From NCBI RefSeq assembly GCF_009914755.1, contig NC_060928.1: 64,000 nucleotides of DNA. One strand, written 5' to 3'. The position numbers were made by a program, and so were the translations under genes. Source of the DNA: the human T2T-CHM13v2.0 reference genome, Homo sapiens. The notes beneath the pieces are model-generated. The model saw only the letters and a program-made list of their open reading frames with translations. It was not told where the DNA came from and made no database searches. This document shows positions 41,429 to 60,516 of the stretch, one piece after another (positions within the stretch are counted from its first letter, which is position 1; each line of letters opens with the position of its first letter).

Positions 41429-41797
41429 TATATTAGTCTGTTCTCACACTACTATAAGGACATACCTGAGACTGAATAATTTATGTTAAAAAAGAGGTTT
41501 AATGGACTCAGATCCACATGGCTGGGGAGGCCTCACAATCATTGCGGAAGGTGAAGGAAGAGCAAAGGCAGGTCTTACATGGTGGCAGGCAAGACGGTGT
41601 GCGCAGGGGAGCTGCCCTTTATAAAACCATCAGACCTCATGAGACCTATTCACTATCATGAGAAGAGCATAGGCAACCCCCCACCCCCCTAGCATGATTC
41701 AAAATTGCCTTGCACTGGGTCCCCCTATGACATGTGGGGATTATGGGAGCTGCAATTCAAGATGAGATTTAAGTGGTGAGACAGCCAAACCATATCA
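41429..41797 (-). mobile_element. THE1 solo LTR
   Basis: Ends 'acagccaaaccatatca'; TSD tctgt (41424-41428 / 41798-41802). Confidence 0.92.
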
Positions 41798-41958
41798 TCT
41801 GTCCTATGAACTACAGTGGCTTCGTTTCTCTGGACTCTCAGCTCTATCTTCTAAACTCATACAATTATTTAGCCTCTGCTTCAGTTATCTTTCTATGACT
41901 ACAGCCTAGAAACTCTGTCAAAGCTATAGCACTTGCTTCATTTTTTTCTTGCCTTTAA

Positions 41959-42309
<351 letters not shown>

Positions 42310-44149
42310 TAAAAATGTCACTTCATGCCTTTTGTCTGATTTTTTTGGCAGGGAAGGAATTTTTCAGATGTGAGGGCAAATCACATCACTGTTACTTTAA
42401 TTTTATCAGAAGCAAAGGTTAAGAATTTAAGTGAAGAAAATAAAATGGATATAATAATTTCCAATATAGCCATGTAACATATATGTGTTTCTTAATACAA
42501 TATTGACTTTTCAAATATTTTTTCATCTTTAAACTAAGATTTCTATGTAACTTCATTTTCATACTCTTATAATGCTTGTATCATTTAAATTTTTCTAAAA
42601 TATACTGTTTATAGTCATATGAATTAATTATAATACATGGGAAATAAAAACATTTCCTTTTCACTTTTATTGGATAGACCAATTAATTCCACTTGCTCCT
42701 TAGGGAAAGAAAGAAAATACATTATAACTTGCTATTTGAAATATTTGAGATATTTGCTATTTGAGATATTTAGATGAAAATAGTTTGTGAGATAATTTAA
42801 ATTAACTTTTATCAAAAAGAGTCTTGTTATCCAATCTTGATATCTAATATTGGATGGTACTTCGGTAATTTACCAAAACAATGCCCAATTTAAATTATTT
42901 TGTAAAATCCCACTTGACACAGATGTGAACAAATATAAAAAATGATGATTAATTTTCTGTCAGTAACAGTACTATTATGCTGTACTTCATTTGACAGATT
43001 GACTCACAAAAATATTAAAAATGACTTTATATAATTTTGTTATTTTTATGTACGTTTGTCTCCAAAATTATAAATAAGCCAAACAATACAGACAAAACAG
43101 ATAATATAGGGAAGTGAAATTTAATGATCCAGTTTGATTGGTGATATCAGGCAAAAATATTTTATGAAGTGAAAAAAATGCGCTTTGTAATGATTCAATG
43201 AGAAGTCGACTCAACTGGGAACGGAAAAATAAGATTAGGCAGAGCATGTGTTTGAGTTTAAACAAGTTACTTAAATTCTCTGATCAGAGATATCCTCATC
43301 TATAAAATGGCATCATTAATATGTATATACAAATTTGGAGTGGAAATTAAATGAGGTGAATACATAGTTCAGAATTTCATACATGCATACTCATATACAC
43401 TCACATTTCATATTAGTAAACATTTTGATATATAAACTGTAATCTAAAAAGTGAACCAAAATTTGTTATGAAACATATGATTTACAAAACATATTTATAT
43501 GAAAGTTTGGCTGCCCAAAGTGCCTTCTCATTAAATTAGTTTTTTAAATTTAATTTCCAAAATGAGGAAAAATTTCTTTTAGACATGTGAAGATTCACAC
43601 TTTATTCTTACTGTCAGTGAATATTAATGAACAACTGCTGTGTTTGAAATTTTTATTTACAACTTAAAGAATAAACAACCAGTATAGTATAGTATATTGG
43701 AGACAGTAAAAGGTTATTTATGCTCTGTATACTATATTTTAAGTAATTGTTGAATATTTGTAGATGCTAAAACCGTAAGCCTTCCCAAATAGGAAAAGAA
43801 CCATGAAAGAAAGCAATCAATCACAATAAAGACAACAAATACATTATGGGAAGAAGTTGCCTGAAAATATAATAGGGTGGGAATTTGAAGAGAATCCTAA
43901 CATAATATAACTAGATTCCATGTTAAACATCATTGTAATGAATTACTGGGCTACCAAGAAGGAAATACCATATCTATGGAACATCCTCTCTAAGTGGAAA
44001 ACAAACGCAAACCAAGCCACAATTACTAGCAAGCTGTAAAATGTGGGGGTCTGAAGCAAATGCTAACATCAGCTTAAAGATTCAACCTTGAACTTAAGTT
44101 AAAGTAGTGACAGTAAGCCAGAGAATCCTATAATTAGCCTCTTTTAAAG

Positions 44150-45190
44150 GACCAAAACCATCTCAGGAAAATAATACCCTTGGAATCATGCAAAAGGAAA
44201 TGCAAATTTTCTCTGGAATAAAGAATACCTAAATAAGCCATCAGAATTCCCACAAATTAAGATGAAAATGTGTGCATTTATAATCAAATATGACCAAGCA
44301 TTTAAAAGAATATGAAACTATTAGGGTCAGAGAAATAAAACAAACAGACATCCCTAGCCAATTTAGATTCTCAAAAACACTTCAGATATTAGAATGTAAG
44401 ATAAATAATAAGAGTAATTATGTAGAAAACATTTTATTAAAAATAAAAGATCAAACTAAAGAAAAGTGATTAGGAAAGTAGTGAGTGTAAAAATTTCCAA
44501 GGAGATATAAAAATGAATCATAGAGAATTTTAGAAACATAAGACATAAATATTGAAATTAGAATATCAATAGATAAGTTTAACAGATTAGATAAAGCTGA
44601 GGAAAAATGTAGTGAAACAGAAAGTAAATCCAAAGAAAGTATTCAGAATGCAATGCAGAGGGCAAGGAGAAGAAAATTATTAAGAAAAAAGAAAGTAAAT
44701 CAATATAAAAGATAAAGTACAATATTCTAATATAAATCTAATTAGACATTTAGAAATGAGATTAGCAAAAATGGAAGAGACCTGAGCTTTGAAGAGAATA
44801 TGACTGGGTATACTCTAGAATGGTGAGGGGCATAAATCCATAGAGAGAGAAAGAACAAGATACACTAAGCAGGGTGGGAAAAAGATGTCTTTGTAGACTA
44901 CAGAACATCAAACACAAAAAGTATATTATAAAGAAAAATCCCAATACAATTGAACTTGGACTTTCTACCAAACAGTGAAAGCCAGACAACATTGGGAAAA
45001 TTATCAAAGGTTTGAGGACAATTTTAAAAGAAAAAATGAACTACTAAAATAAGAATAATGTATTTGTATTTTTGGAAAAGTTACTATAACAGGATTATAT
45101 TTAAAGCAATACCACAGAATGTCGTAAAATGAAGAAATTAATTAGGAAGAGAAATGTGTAAGATTACGGAAGAAATAGCTGCCCACTTAA
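44150..45190 (+). mobile_element. Ancient L1M ORF1-region fragment
   Basis: A-rich, with 'tttaacagattagataaagctgagga'; L1-like sequence appears to resume at about 46110-46380. Confidence 0.55.
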
Positions 45191-45204
45191 AAAAGAGTGT
45201 AAAA

Positions 45205-46105
45205 GAAAAGAGAATTTACAAGGAATTCAAACAATTCAAAAACAGAAACAAAAATTACCATGTTAAAAAGTGGACAAAGGGCATGAATAAATATTTTTTA
45301 AAAGAAGACATACAAATGGCCAACAAGCATATGAAAAAAAATGCTCAACATCACAAATGATCACATACATGCAAATTAAAATCACAATGAGATATCATTT
45401 TGCACCAGTCAGAATGATTATTAAAAAGTCAAAAATAACATGTTGGCAAAGATGTAGAGAAAATGAAATATTTATACACTAATAGGAGATAAGTAAATTA
45501 GTACAACCTCTATGGAAAACAGTATGGAGATTTCTCAAAGACTTAAAAATGGAACTACCACTCAATCCAGCAATCCCACTACTGGGTGTCTACCCAAAGG
45601 AAAATAAACCATTCTATCAAAAAGATACCTGCACTTGTATGTTGATCACAGTGATATTCATAATAGCAAAGATATGGAATAAGCCTAAGTGCCACCAACT
45701 GATGAATGAGTAAAGAAAATATGGTGTGTGTGGGTTTAGCTATAAAAAAGGAATGAAAGTATGTATTTTGCAGGAACATGAATAGAACTGGAGACCATTA
45801 TTTTAAGTGAAACTCAGAAACAGAAAGTCAAACATTGCAAGTTCTCTCTTATATGCAGGAGCTAAATAATGTGTACACATGGACATAGAGTGTGAGATAA
45901 TAGACACTGATGTCTCAAAATGATGGGGAGGTAGGAGGGTGGGAGATGGATGAGAGGTGAGAAATTAGATAGTGAACAAAATATACAATATTTGGATCAT
46001 GGTTACACTAAAAGCCCAGACCTCACCACTATGCAATATGTCCATGTAACAAAATTGCAGTTGAATTCCCGACATTTTTACAAATTAAAATAAATAAATA
46101 AGCAT
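45205..46105 (+). mobile_element. L1MA-type 3' end
   Basis: ORF2 C-terminus (KEDIQMANKHMKK); 3' UTR 'ggttacactaaaagcccagacctcaccactatgcaata'. Confidence 0.88.
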
Positions 46106-46384
46106 ACACAAAAAAATAGTGGGGTGCAGTGAAAGCAGTATTTTCAAGGTAATATATAGCTATCATTGTTTACATTAGAAGAATAGAAAGCTTGAGAATT
46201 AAATATTTCAATATTTGAATGTAGAAGGTTGTAAAAGATCAAAAACCTAAAACCTGAGAATCTATGGAATAAATAATGAAGATGACAAAATTAAAAGCAA
46301 CAACTACATCTATATCACCCAAACCAAAAGGTAGTTGTTCTTGGAAAAGAGTAATAAAACTGGCAAACTTCCAGTTAGATTTCT

Positions 46385-46852
46385 GTAGTAATATAATCCT
46401 TATTTATTGATTTATTGGCTGGGTACATGATTGCCAACAATAATTGTTAGATTCTTCAGCTTCTCTGCCAGCTAATTTTGTCCATGTGATTAAGTTCTGA
46501 GCATTGATACGAAAGCCGAGTCTTCCTTATAAGACATCTGGCACATGCCACATGTCACTTTTACTTTGTCCTTTATACTTTCTTTCTGGCTAGATGCAAA
46601 CATGGTGGCTGGGAATGAAGGTGCCATCTTAGTCCATAAAGTGCCTTTGGGAGTGGAGGCTAAGAAAGGGTCAAGAATAGATTAGAACAAAATGAAGGCC
46701 TATGCACCTGTAAAGCAATGTGCTTTTATCAGCCCTGGACTGCCTGGTTTCAGACCTGAAAGAATGTAAATTTAAATATTTCCAACTTATTTTAAGCCAC
46801 TGTTATTTTTAGTCACCATTAACTTGGATCCAAACCTGCTTCTAGTTGATAG
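46385..46852 (+). mobile_element. Old MLT1-like LTR
   Basis: 'ccatgtgattaagttctg', 'gccatcttag', 'ttatttaagccactgttatttt'. Confidence 0.55.
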
Positions 46853-47329
46853 AGCTATTTTGTGGGAAGAAAAGACTCTTCCAAGACATATCTTCTATTT
46901 GTTTCAATCAAAAATGAGGTGAATCATCAATGGAGAATGAATTGGGAAGAAGACAGATGTTGAAGTTTTCATCAGAGAGGAGAAATGATTACTTCAGAAA
47001 ATAAGCTTATTAGGGAACAAGCTAGAATTGACAGAGAATTCTAAGTGAATTCTGGCAGTGGTGACAGTGATTTGAAGTTGCAGCAATTTGCCAGGTGGTA
47101 TAACTTGTCTATACCACGGTTCAGATGTTTAGATTAAAGTAGAGAGAAGGCAGCTAGTTGGAATCATCCAGATATGAGTTTTACTCTCAGAGAATTAAGA
47201 AAAGAAAATACGAGAAAAAGCTGAGAGCATTTGCCAGAGATTAATTATAATAAATGAAGCACAAGACCCGGATCAGTTCAAAAGGAAAAGTATATAAGAA
47301 GTTAGAAAATAATGAGCTCAGAAAAACTG

Positions 47330-47484
47330 TACGAGTGGGCAGGTGTCTGCAGTCCCAGCTACTCAGAAGGCTGAGGCAAGAGAATCTCTTGAGCTTAGGA
47401 GTTTTGAAGCCAGCCTGGGCAACATAGTGGGACTCCTTTCCTAAAATAAATAAATAAACAAACAAACAAATAAATAAATAAAAA
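47330..47484 (+). mobile_element. FLAM (Alu monomer) with A-rich tail
   Basis: Single arm 'gtcccagctactcag...gccagcctgggcaacatagt'. Confidence 0.8.
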
Positions 47485-48924
47485 TCAGGGCAAGAAGCTA
47501 TGGGTCTTTAATGAAGTTCAAGAATGTTGTAGAAGTACTTGGGCAAGAATGTGGAGAATTTGAAGATCATTATCTGAGAGTAGAATGATTGAATTCAAGT
47601 TTTTTAAACTTCTCCTCTAGTACTGTGTGCTCAGCCTAATACTTTTTATTTTTCCCCTTCTCTTTGGTAAAAACAAGATGCTGAAAATTTGAGACAAATT
47701 GTCCATGTAATTACAAATGAAATCAATATTATTTAATGGAAAATTTTAAAACATTTCAAAAAATAAAATAAAATGGTCTTCAGAGACATGTTCCCAATGG
47801 CTATACATAAGGTGGTCCTAAAATAATTGGAACTATTGTTGCATAAGGAATTTTTCTAAAAAATAAGTATAGACATGCACAATGCTAATAAAAGTATAAA
47901 ATCTCTTACACAAAATTCACTAATCTGTTAGTGTTCAATGTATTTTTTCATGTATTCTCTTAGAGGAAATTTTATCCCCTACTATCTAAACTCTCACTAT
48001 CTGAATTCTCTTTGGTATCAGAAGTAAGGATCCAAATTTATATGTATCAGAAGGAAATACATTTAGGTGTGTATGTTACATTTTTCTTACAATTTTCAAT
48101 GATTTTATTCTTAAAATCTTTGAATGTCTTATTAAGTATTTTAACATTTTTCTCCACATCTCCATTTAATATATTTGACCTCTTCAGTAATATCTTGCTG
48201 ACTTTGATCTTAAAAGTTTTGTGCCTCTTCAAACATTTTTAAACCATTTCACTTTGATCTTCATTTGTCTATTTTTTAAAAGGTAATCGTAACAAAAACA
48301 TAAAATAACATAGAAAATCTAAGTTTCTGAAATTTTTTCATGCAAAACGGCTTATAAGATTTCAAACAGCTGCATATGTCAGAAGTCATTTTCAAAGAGT
48401 GCTGTTTAATGTGCAGAGGTGGTCAGGCTTGGCTGAGATTGCAACTATTAATGGGTATCTATGGCTCTTTCGTATTTCCCAGGTGGGGTTCATTAGCATT
48501 GCCAAGTGATTTAAATTGGATGGGTTATGAACAAAATTTCAGGTGGTTGGAAGTCTGCAGACAAATAAAATGCATAAATTGTAATATATGATTGTGGGTG
48601 TTAATTTTATTCCAAGTGGTATTAGGAGGCTTAAAACAGACAACTTTTAAACTCCTTACTGTTTTCATTAGAGATAAAAGTAGAAAAAGTCACCACATCA
48701 ATGTAACATATAGCTCATGAAGAATTCTGTACTTTAAAATTTATTAAAGGCATGATTTTAAATCAGCAGCAGAAATCGCAGGCATCCATAGGCTATTAGT
48801 CTTAGAAACACTGCACAGAGCCTAAAGGACCTACTACAGTCAGACTTAAAATGAATGTATTCTACTTCAATAGGCATTGTTCTAATACACTTTAAACATA
48901 ATACATTATTTAGTTTAAAGTTCT

Positions 48925-49580
48925 AAGGAGGCTCAAAGTCAGACTAACTCTGGGAAAATATAAAAATAATTCACAGAAAAAAAACTGCAAGTAAAACTGT
49001 GTCTTGAAAGCTGAAAGGGTATTCAGCAGGTAGAGATGGAAGGCAGGGCACATGCTGGGAGAATAAGAAACACATACAAAGCTACAAAGAAGGAATGCAT
49101 ACAACCATTTGAGGTTAGGAAGAGTCCACTGTGGATGGAGGCTAAAACGCTTGAAAGAAAAGGTCAATGAAAAATGGCCAAAAAATAGGGCCATATAATT
49201 TAGGATATGATCCTATTATGAATGGAAATATTCAAGCCAATATTTTCAGCTTGGATTTTATCCTTGCAAAATAGTCATTAAGCAGTACCATGACATGATC
49301 AGATTTGGAATTTAGAAAGACCACTCTGCTGGGGTAATAGAAGGTCAATAGGACTGGAAAGGGAAGGAGATGGGCACCTGACAGTGAAAGACGAGGCATT
49401 AAGTGGTAAAGAAAAATGGAAAGGTTCAAGCAATCCTTGAGAAAAAGAAGCAACTTCTTTTTTCAGTTGGACATAGAATAGTTGTCCAGTATTATAGACA
49501 CAAGAATTGACGAGGGATCTAATGTGAAAGTAGAGAAAGAACAGAGACATCAGTGACTGCAAGCTTTCTCTTCTACAAAT
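48925..49580 (-). mobile_element. L2 fragment
   Basis: 'tgacatgatcagatttggaatttagaaagaccactctg'. Confidence 0.7.
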
Positions 49581-49904
49581 AGTGTAGGCATGGGCTCCCA
49601 GAAGATCAGTGCTTAAGATACCTTTCTGAATGGGTGGTTCTGCTGCTCATGGATTTTTGTGGTGCTGAGTATGTGAATTTTCATGCATTCAAAAGCGTTA
49701 CTACATATATCTCCACAGAGACGTTAAATGCCATTCACTTTGAAAGGGCTTCTTAACAGAAAACAAAATGAAACAAAACAAGACAATGAATCTTACTGGC
49801 AGATAAAATGAATACTAAAACACTTCATATCACTGAAGAACCCTCGCAGTCAAACATATGATACTCAGGCAAATTCATTTTGTTAAATTGAGACATTGAT
49901 CACA

Positions 49905-49906
<2 letters not shown>

Positions 49907-49946
<40 letters not shown>

Positions 49947-50020
49947 ACATATGTATATATATACATACATATATATATACACACACAGATACACATGTAT
50001 ATAATACACATATATATGTA
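49907..50020. repeat. (CA)n followed by TA/CA low-complexity repeat
   Basis: Direct reading. Confidence 0.95.
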
Positions 50021-51067
50021 TCACATTTGCCTAAACTTTATCACTATTATTGACTAACAAAAATTATTTCTAAAGCACTCACTTGGATATTCAATAATGG
50101 GGACTGGTCACACAACTTACATAGACCATATCTCTCAGAGACTAAAAGATACAAAATGTTATGAAAGAACAACAGCATTCTAAAATGATTCTCCTTAGAG
50201 AGTCCTGCCTTCCAACTGGCATTTGCTACTGATGGCCTTGAATACGGGCACTTTGGAGCTGATTTGTAAGAAGGAGCTTAATGTTATCCATATCAAAGTT
50301 TATTGATCACAAATAAGGATCCCAAGACAATTATTGTCATTGTCTTCACAATGCCACAGATCAGCTTATGTCATTTCATGACATAACGACCAATGAAAAG
50401 CTCTAAAAAAAAAATGAAGATGCAGAGTTATGCAGACCACTTTGAGAACATGTTTAGTGGGTGAATCATACACCTCAATGGAGTCATAAATGCCCTGATT
50501 AGTCACTTCTTTTTACTCAATTGTGTCCCTCTAACTTAAAAATCATTCTTACGGTGCACTGGAAATTTTTCTATCACATTGTATGATAACATTAAGGTTA
50601 TAAAACAGAACATTAGATCATCATATCATCCTTTGTTCCCAGGTTTCCTTGACCTCCATATATCTATGCAATTAAATCATAAGAATCTAGTAAAAAACTA
50701 CACCTAAGAGCAAAAACATTTTAATAATACCACTATATTTAAAAGTTTCCAATAATACAGCCAAATGAGTTTGCTTCATTGAAGATGAGCAATTTATTAA
50801 ACTTTTATTAAAGAAGAAGATGGAGCAAATATTACCTTTTACTTGGAACTGGGACAAATCAGCAAAATTCAGAATATTTCATACATCAAAGTATTTTAAA
50901 AAAATCGAGTACAATTTGTGAGAATGATAACACATTTTGGTTGAGTTTTAACTTGAAGTATTCTTCTAGGTGTTGTTGCTATAATTCTGCAGGTATTTTT
51001 TCGCTGCCCCACTTATGAATAGGTATTATTCAACTTTAGATATTTACTTCAGAAGCAATAACAATGG

Positions 51068-51208
51068 GGGTTGGGTTCAGTGGCCAGGCCTGTAATTCCA
51101 TCTACTCAGGAGGCTAAGAAGGGAAGATGGCATGATTCCAGGAGTTCAAGACCAGCCTGAGCAACACAGTGAGACCCTGACTCAAAAAATAACATAAAAT
51201 TAAAAAGA
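51068..51208 (+). mobile_element. FLAM (Alu monomer)
   Basis: 'ccaggagttcaagaccagcctgagcaacacagtgagaccc'. Confidence 0.8.
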
Positions 51209-51334
51209 ACAAGCTATCACAATAAATTTAAATTGTGATAAATTTAAATACACAATAAAATTAAATGCATGTAATACTATACATGCATACAAGCAAGATT
51301 TTATGCCCTCAGGAGACAATAAGTGATACATAAC

Positions 51335-51560
51335 GGTAAAGCTGGTGTTCACATCCCTTGCTCTATCTCTCCCTGGTTGTACAATACTGGGAAAGTTACT
51401 TTACTTAACTACACTGTGTCAAGGCTTTTTACTGGTAAAATACACATAATACTAATACATGCTTCATATTTTGTATGACAATTAAACGAATAGATTCATG
51501 TAAAATTCTTTGTGCAGTGCCCATCGAAGACAATCTAGGTCAATAAATGTTAGCCACTTT
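51335..51560 (+). mobile_element. MIR fragment
   Basis: 'tgggaaagttactt...caataaatgttagc'. Confidence 0.55.
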
Positions 51561-51931
51561 TCATAAGAATTGAACTGTGAAGAAGGGAAGAAAAAATAAA
51601 ATAAACCTGAAAAGACAACAAAGAAATAAATAAATCTGGATCATCATGAGCTGTCTGGGAAGGCTGATGAAAGTGAAGACTTTTCTATCAAGAAGACCTG
51701 AGAGCAGAATGGGGAGCTGACTCAGCCAAAATGTATGAGAAATCTGTTCCCAAACCAGAGCCTTGGAATGAAAGCCTGTGGACAGCCAATCACCTGGTGA
51801 TCAAGGGTCTTCCCAAATACCTCCAAACATGTAGATGAGTAACCTGGTAAAGGATCATGGCACATTGAGTCAGCTTCACCCTGTGATCAAAGTGGAACTG
51901 GATATGAGCAGAGAGGGAGAGAGAGTCTCCT

Positions 51932-52290
51932 ATTATTTTAGACTGAATTTTTATGTCCCAACCAAGTTCATGTGTTGAGTCATAAGAGTCTATGTGATGG
52001 GATTTGGAGGTGGGACCTTTGGGAGGTGATTAGGCCATGAGGATGGAGCCCTTGTGAAATGGATTTGTGCCTTATAAAAGAGACCTCAGAGGACTCCCTT
52101 GTCCCCACTTCTTCCTTGTGAGGACATGGTGAGAAGATGGCTATCTATTAAACAGAAAGAGGACCCTCACAGAACTTGACCATGCCAGCAACCTGATCTC
52201 AAACCTCCTGCCTTCAGAAGTAAGAAATATAATTTTTATTAGTTCTAAGGCACCTAGTCTATGACACTTTGTCATAGAAGCCCTAACAAA
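51932..52290 (+). mobile_element. MLT1A-like LTR
   Basis: 'ggtgggacctttgggaggtgattagg...gtgaggacatggtgagaagatggc'. Confidence 0.85.
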
Positions 52291-52464
52291 GGTATCGATG
52301 AACAAGATTAGCAGTAGACACATCAACTCTACTATACATGATTCTAACACATCCTGACAAAACTTCTCCAGGTTTTAATTTAAATATTAACAAATCTGCA
52401 CACAGAAAAAACCTACACATAATTAAAAAAGATCTAACAGTTAACCTATTGCTAGATTCTGTGA

Positions 52465-55158
<2,694 letters not shown>

Positions 55159-55464
55159 ACATGGACCATTTATACAAGTTTGTCCACTTGAAAGTATAAG
55201 CAAGACCTTTTTTTTCAGCACTGATATCTCCTCTGAATTAGAAACAAAAAGTCCATACTAACATTATCAGTTATGAAAAACAACTCCCCCAGAAAGTTGT
55301 TAAGGATTTGGGAAATGGAAATGACAACAGTGCCTTGTACCTTGAAAAATTTAATTCCCCCAAATTAAGTGATGTGGGCAAAGAAAGAAGGACTTGTGGT
55401 AACAGTAGCTTCTGGTGATTGGATTTAAATAATGATGAACACAAGAACGCCAATGATTTTTATC

Positions 55465-55660
55465 ATTCATTGAGCCATCAGTATGTACCAGGCACCGTAT
55501 GTTATATAATTTAGTGCTGTCAGCAGCTCCATGAATTAAGTACTTACAAGGATAGATACTATCCTCAGTTAATGATGAAGAAGCTTGGACCAGACAAGTT
55601 ATATCAGTTACTCAAGATCACATGACTAGCAATAGCAGAGCACCCTATTAGGAGCATCAA
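55465..55660 (-). mobile_element. MIR fragment
   Basis: 'tcattgagcc...tatgtaccaggcac', 'ctcaagatcacatgactag'. Confidence 0.6.
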
Positions 55661-56464
55661 AAATCCATGTAGCTGAGGTGGGTAAGTAAATATTTCAAGC
55701 CAAGAGCACAATAGTATATAAAGACCAACTAGATACAGAAAATTATTCTAAGATTATGGGCATAAAATGACTTTAGCTATAGATTTGAGAAGTGGATTGC
55801 ACCAAAAACAAAATGAACAGAGAATGGAATTAAGGGCATAAAGTGCACCTGTATGTTGGAAACTTCTAGAACTGGGTAGCTCTATTTTACTTCAATGTTG
55901 AGAAACATTGACATATTAGAAAAAAGGTTTTGGAAGTACGCCATTGTTATTATTTTTAATTTCAACATAAAGACAGAAAATGTTCACCACTTTCTAAGCA
56001 AAGCCAACAAAAAGCAGTCTGTGCCAATAACTCATCTGGGGAAGTATTTTATTTTTAAAAAATATCTTTAAGTATCCAAATAATGAAGGATCAGATAGTA
56101 GCATAATCTTAATTTTCTCATATATAACACTAGGTGACTGAAAATAAAGGAATAGGCCCTATGAAAACCTAAAAGGAAAATTTATGACCAAGAAAGTTTA
56201 TACTCAGTGAGATTGTCTTTAATAAATAATTATAACAAGGAAATAGTTTAAAAGTAACAAAGCAGAATTTGTATCACCAATGCATACTACTTGAAAAACT
56301 TATTCCAGCTAACAGAGAAATGACTGGAAATTGAGTTTTAAATCATAATAACTATTATTCATTGAACACAAAGTATTTGTCAGACATAGTGCTATCTGTT
56401 TCTCACAAGAATTTTCATTACTTGTAAAATTCTTACAATAACCCAAGTGACTAGGCAATATTTC

Positions 56465-56808
56465 TGTCTTAGTCAGTCTAGGCTGCTATAATGAAGTACC
56501 ATAAACTGGCTGGCTTCAAAAACAAATCTATTTTTCACAGTTCTGCAGGCTGGTAAGTCCAGCAGATCCCCTCCCTGAGGTGGGTTTCCTCTCTGGTTTG
56601 CAGATGCCTGTCTTCTCATTATATTCTCGCATGATGGGGAGCAGAGAATTCAGGTACCCTTTTATAAAAGCACCAATCCCACTACTGAGGGCCCCACCCC
56701 CAAGATCTAATCACCTCCAAAAGATCCCACCTCCCAATACTATCACACTGGGAATTAGGATTTCAACATATAAATTTTGTGGGGACATAAATATTCAGTT
56801 CATAACAA
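56465..56808 (-). mobile_element. MLT1A-like LTR nested in a MIR
   Basis: 'tgtcttagtcagtctaggctgctataa...ggggacataaatattcagttcataaca'. Confidence 0.85.
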
Positions 56809-56832
56809 TTATCAAATCCATTTTGAGACAAG

Positions 56833-57233
56833 AGTATTAATCCGTTTTTGCATTGCTATAAAGGAATACTTAAGACTGGGTGTATAGGGTTAATTTGTTC
56901 ATGGTTCTGCAGGTTGTACAGGAAGCACAGCACTGGCATCTGCTCCTGGTGAGGTTTTAGGAAGCTGTCATGGAGGAAAGTGAAGGGGAAGCATGCTTGT
57001 CACATGGCAAGACTGGGAGGATAAAAGAGAGACAGAAGTGTTCAAATCTTTTAGACAAACAAATCTCCTGTGAACTAACTGAACAGAACTCACTTGTTAC
57101 CAAGCGGATGGTGCTAAGCCATTGATGAGGGATCTGCCCCCATGATCCAATACCTCCCACCAGGCCCCACCTCCAACATTGAGGATCACATTTCAACATG
57201 AGATTTGGAGGGGAGACACATCCAAAGAATATT
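56833..57233 (-). mobile_element. MST LTR nested in the same MIR
   Basis: 'gcattgctataaaggaatac...acctcccaccaggccccacctccaaca'; MIR resumes 'atgaagaaactga'. Confidence 0.88.
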
Positions 57234-58429
57234 AATGAAGAAACTGATGCACAGAGAAATTAAGTAACTTGTCAAAGCTCATTTTAAGTCAGAGTAAGGA
57301 GTCAAACTTAAACAGTACAACTGCAAACCTAAAAGGTTCAAAACCACCAAGAAATACAGCCTCTCGGGGAAGATTATTTTGAGATCAAAGTTATTCAAAG
57401 ATGTTCTCTTTCAACATGTGGGCCCAAGAATAGAAATCTAGAAATAATTTATTGAAATTTTCATCAGTTTCACTTTCTTTCTCATGAATAGAAAATGGGC
57501 TTCTTGTGCTACATACCGCATACTTTACCTTGTAATACTTTGCAAGGTTTGATTATCACCCAAACCAATAACTGCTGATAGTCTGTTGAGATCATCCTAA
57601 TAATGACATTTATCTGAGAATAAATATTTATACGAATATATCAAATAAATATACCATAATGTTAAGTGTGGTAAATTTGGGAATATTTTAAGTAGCTTTT
57701 GGTTTTTCTTTAACTTTCTTTTTCTCTCTACTCTCTCTTTCTATCTCTCTTACTCTCTTTCTCTCTCTGTCTCCCTCTCTCCCTCCCTTTTTTCCTTCTC
57801 TCCATTCTTTATCTATTTACTTATTTATACCAATTTTTTGCAAAGAGCATGCATTATCTTTGCCATCAAGAAAAAGCAAATGTAAAACTCACCATATACA
57901 ATTTAGTACATAGAAAATATATTGAAAGTAAAAAATTAAAGGAATAAATTTTTAGAATTTACAAAACTAAATTTTACTAGAAACACACCAAACTACAAAT
58001 AGTACTCATATCTAACCACTAAAGTTGTGGATAATATTTTCCTAATTTTTCTCTTTTTGCAATATTCTAAAATAAATATTTATAAGCATTTTGTATAATA
58101 TAACATTTTTGCGAGGGCATCAGATATATAATACAATCGGAGTCAAACATCTAGTTTCTGCTGCATACTCTAGATTTCAACAGATTGACGTAAATCGTTA
58201 AAATTAGTATTCTTTGACTCTGTTAATCAAAGGTGTTCTGTCCTTAAAACTGTATGAAAATTTATTTCCTTAGCTTATTTACAATATCATGTACAGGATG
58301 CCCAAATGTTTTGTGAAATCCAGATACACAATGTTTACAGCATATTTCTAATCCACTCACTACCCACATGCTGATTTAAATATATCTGATTATTTAACTC
58401 CCCATTTGGCATTTAAAATCCACAAATGA

Positions 58430-59700
<1,271 letters not shown>

Positions 59701-60177
59701 AACTTAGTTGCATTTCTATACACTAACAATAAATTATGAGAAAATAAAATTAATAAAACAATTTCATTTACTATAACATCAAAAATAATAAATTATTTAG
59801 AAATAAACTTATGCAAGTAGAGGAAAGACCTGTACACTGCTAACTGTAAAACTCTGATGAAAAATTAAAGCAGATGTAAACAAATGGAAAGATATCCTTT
59901 GTTAATGGATTGGTATGATAAATATTGTTAAAATGTCCATACTAGCAAAAGCAATATACAGGTTCAATGTAATCCCTGTCAAATTCCCAAAGGCAATGGG
60001 CAAAATAATCCTAAAATTTATATGAAACCATAAAAGACCCCAAATAGCCAAAGTAATTTTGATCATAAAAAAAAGCTGGAAGCATCACACTTCTTGATTT
60101 CAAAATATATTATAAAGCTACAGTCATCAAAGCAGTATGTTAGTGGCAGCAAAAAACAAACAAAAAACAACAGACAT
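59701..60177 (+). mobile_element. L1M ORF2 segment in opposite orientation to the adjacent L1
   Basis: 'gcatttctatacactaacaat...aaagctggaagcatcacacttcttgatttcaaa'. Confidence 0.85.
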
Positions 60178-60514
60178 ATTAGTTCCCCCTTATCCCTGTT
60201 TTCGCTTTTGTCAGTTTCAGTTACCTGTGGTCAATTGTGGTCTGAAAATAGGTGAGTAAAGTACAATGAGACATTTTGAGAGTGAAAGAGAGATCACATT
60301 CACATAATTTTTACTCCAGTGCAGTGGTTATAATTGTTCTATTTTATATTAGTTATTGTTAATCTCTTACTGTACCTAACTTACAAATTAAACTTTATCA
60401 TATATATATATATATACACACATATATATCTGTATGTATAGAAAAAATGGTATATATAGGGTTTAGTATTATGTGAGGTTTCAGACATCCTCTTGGTTAT
60501 CTTGGAACATATCC
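60178..60514 (+). mobile_element. MER44A-like (Tigger7-derived) DNA transposon
   Basis: 'ccccttatcc...tttcagttacc...gaaaataggtgagt...tcttggaacatatcc'. Confidence 0.8.
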
Positions 60515-60516
60515 AA

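Noticed and set aside
42731-42773. tatttg-based short tandem repeat
   Set aside because: Low-complexity slippage repeat.
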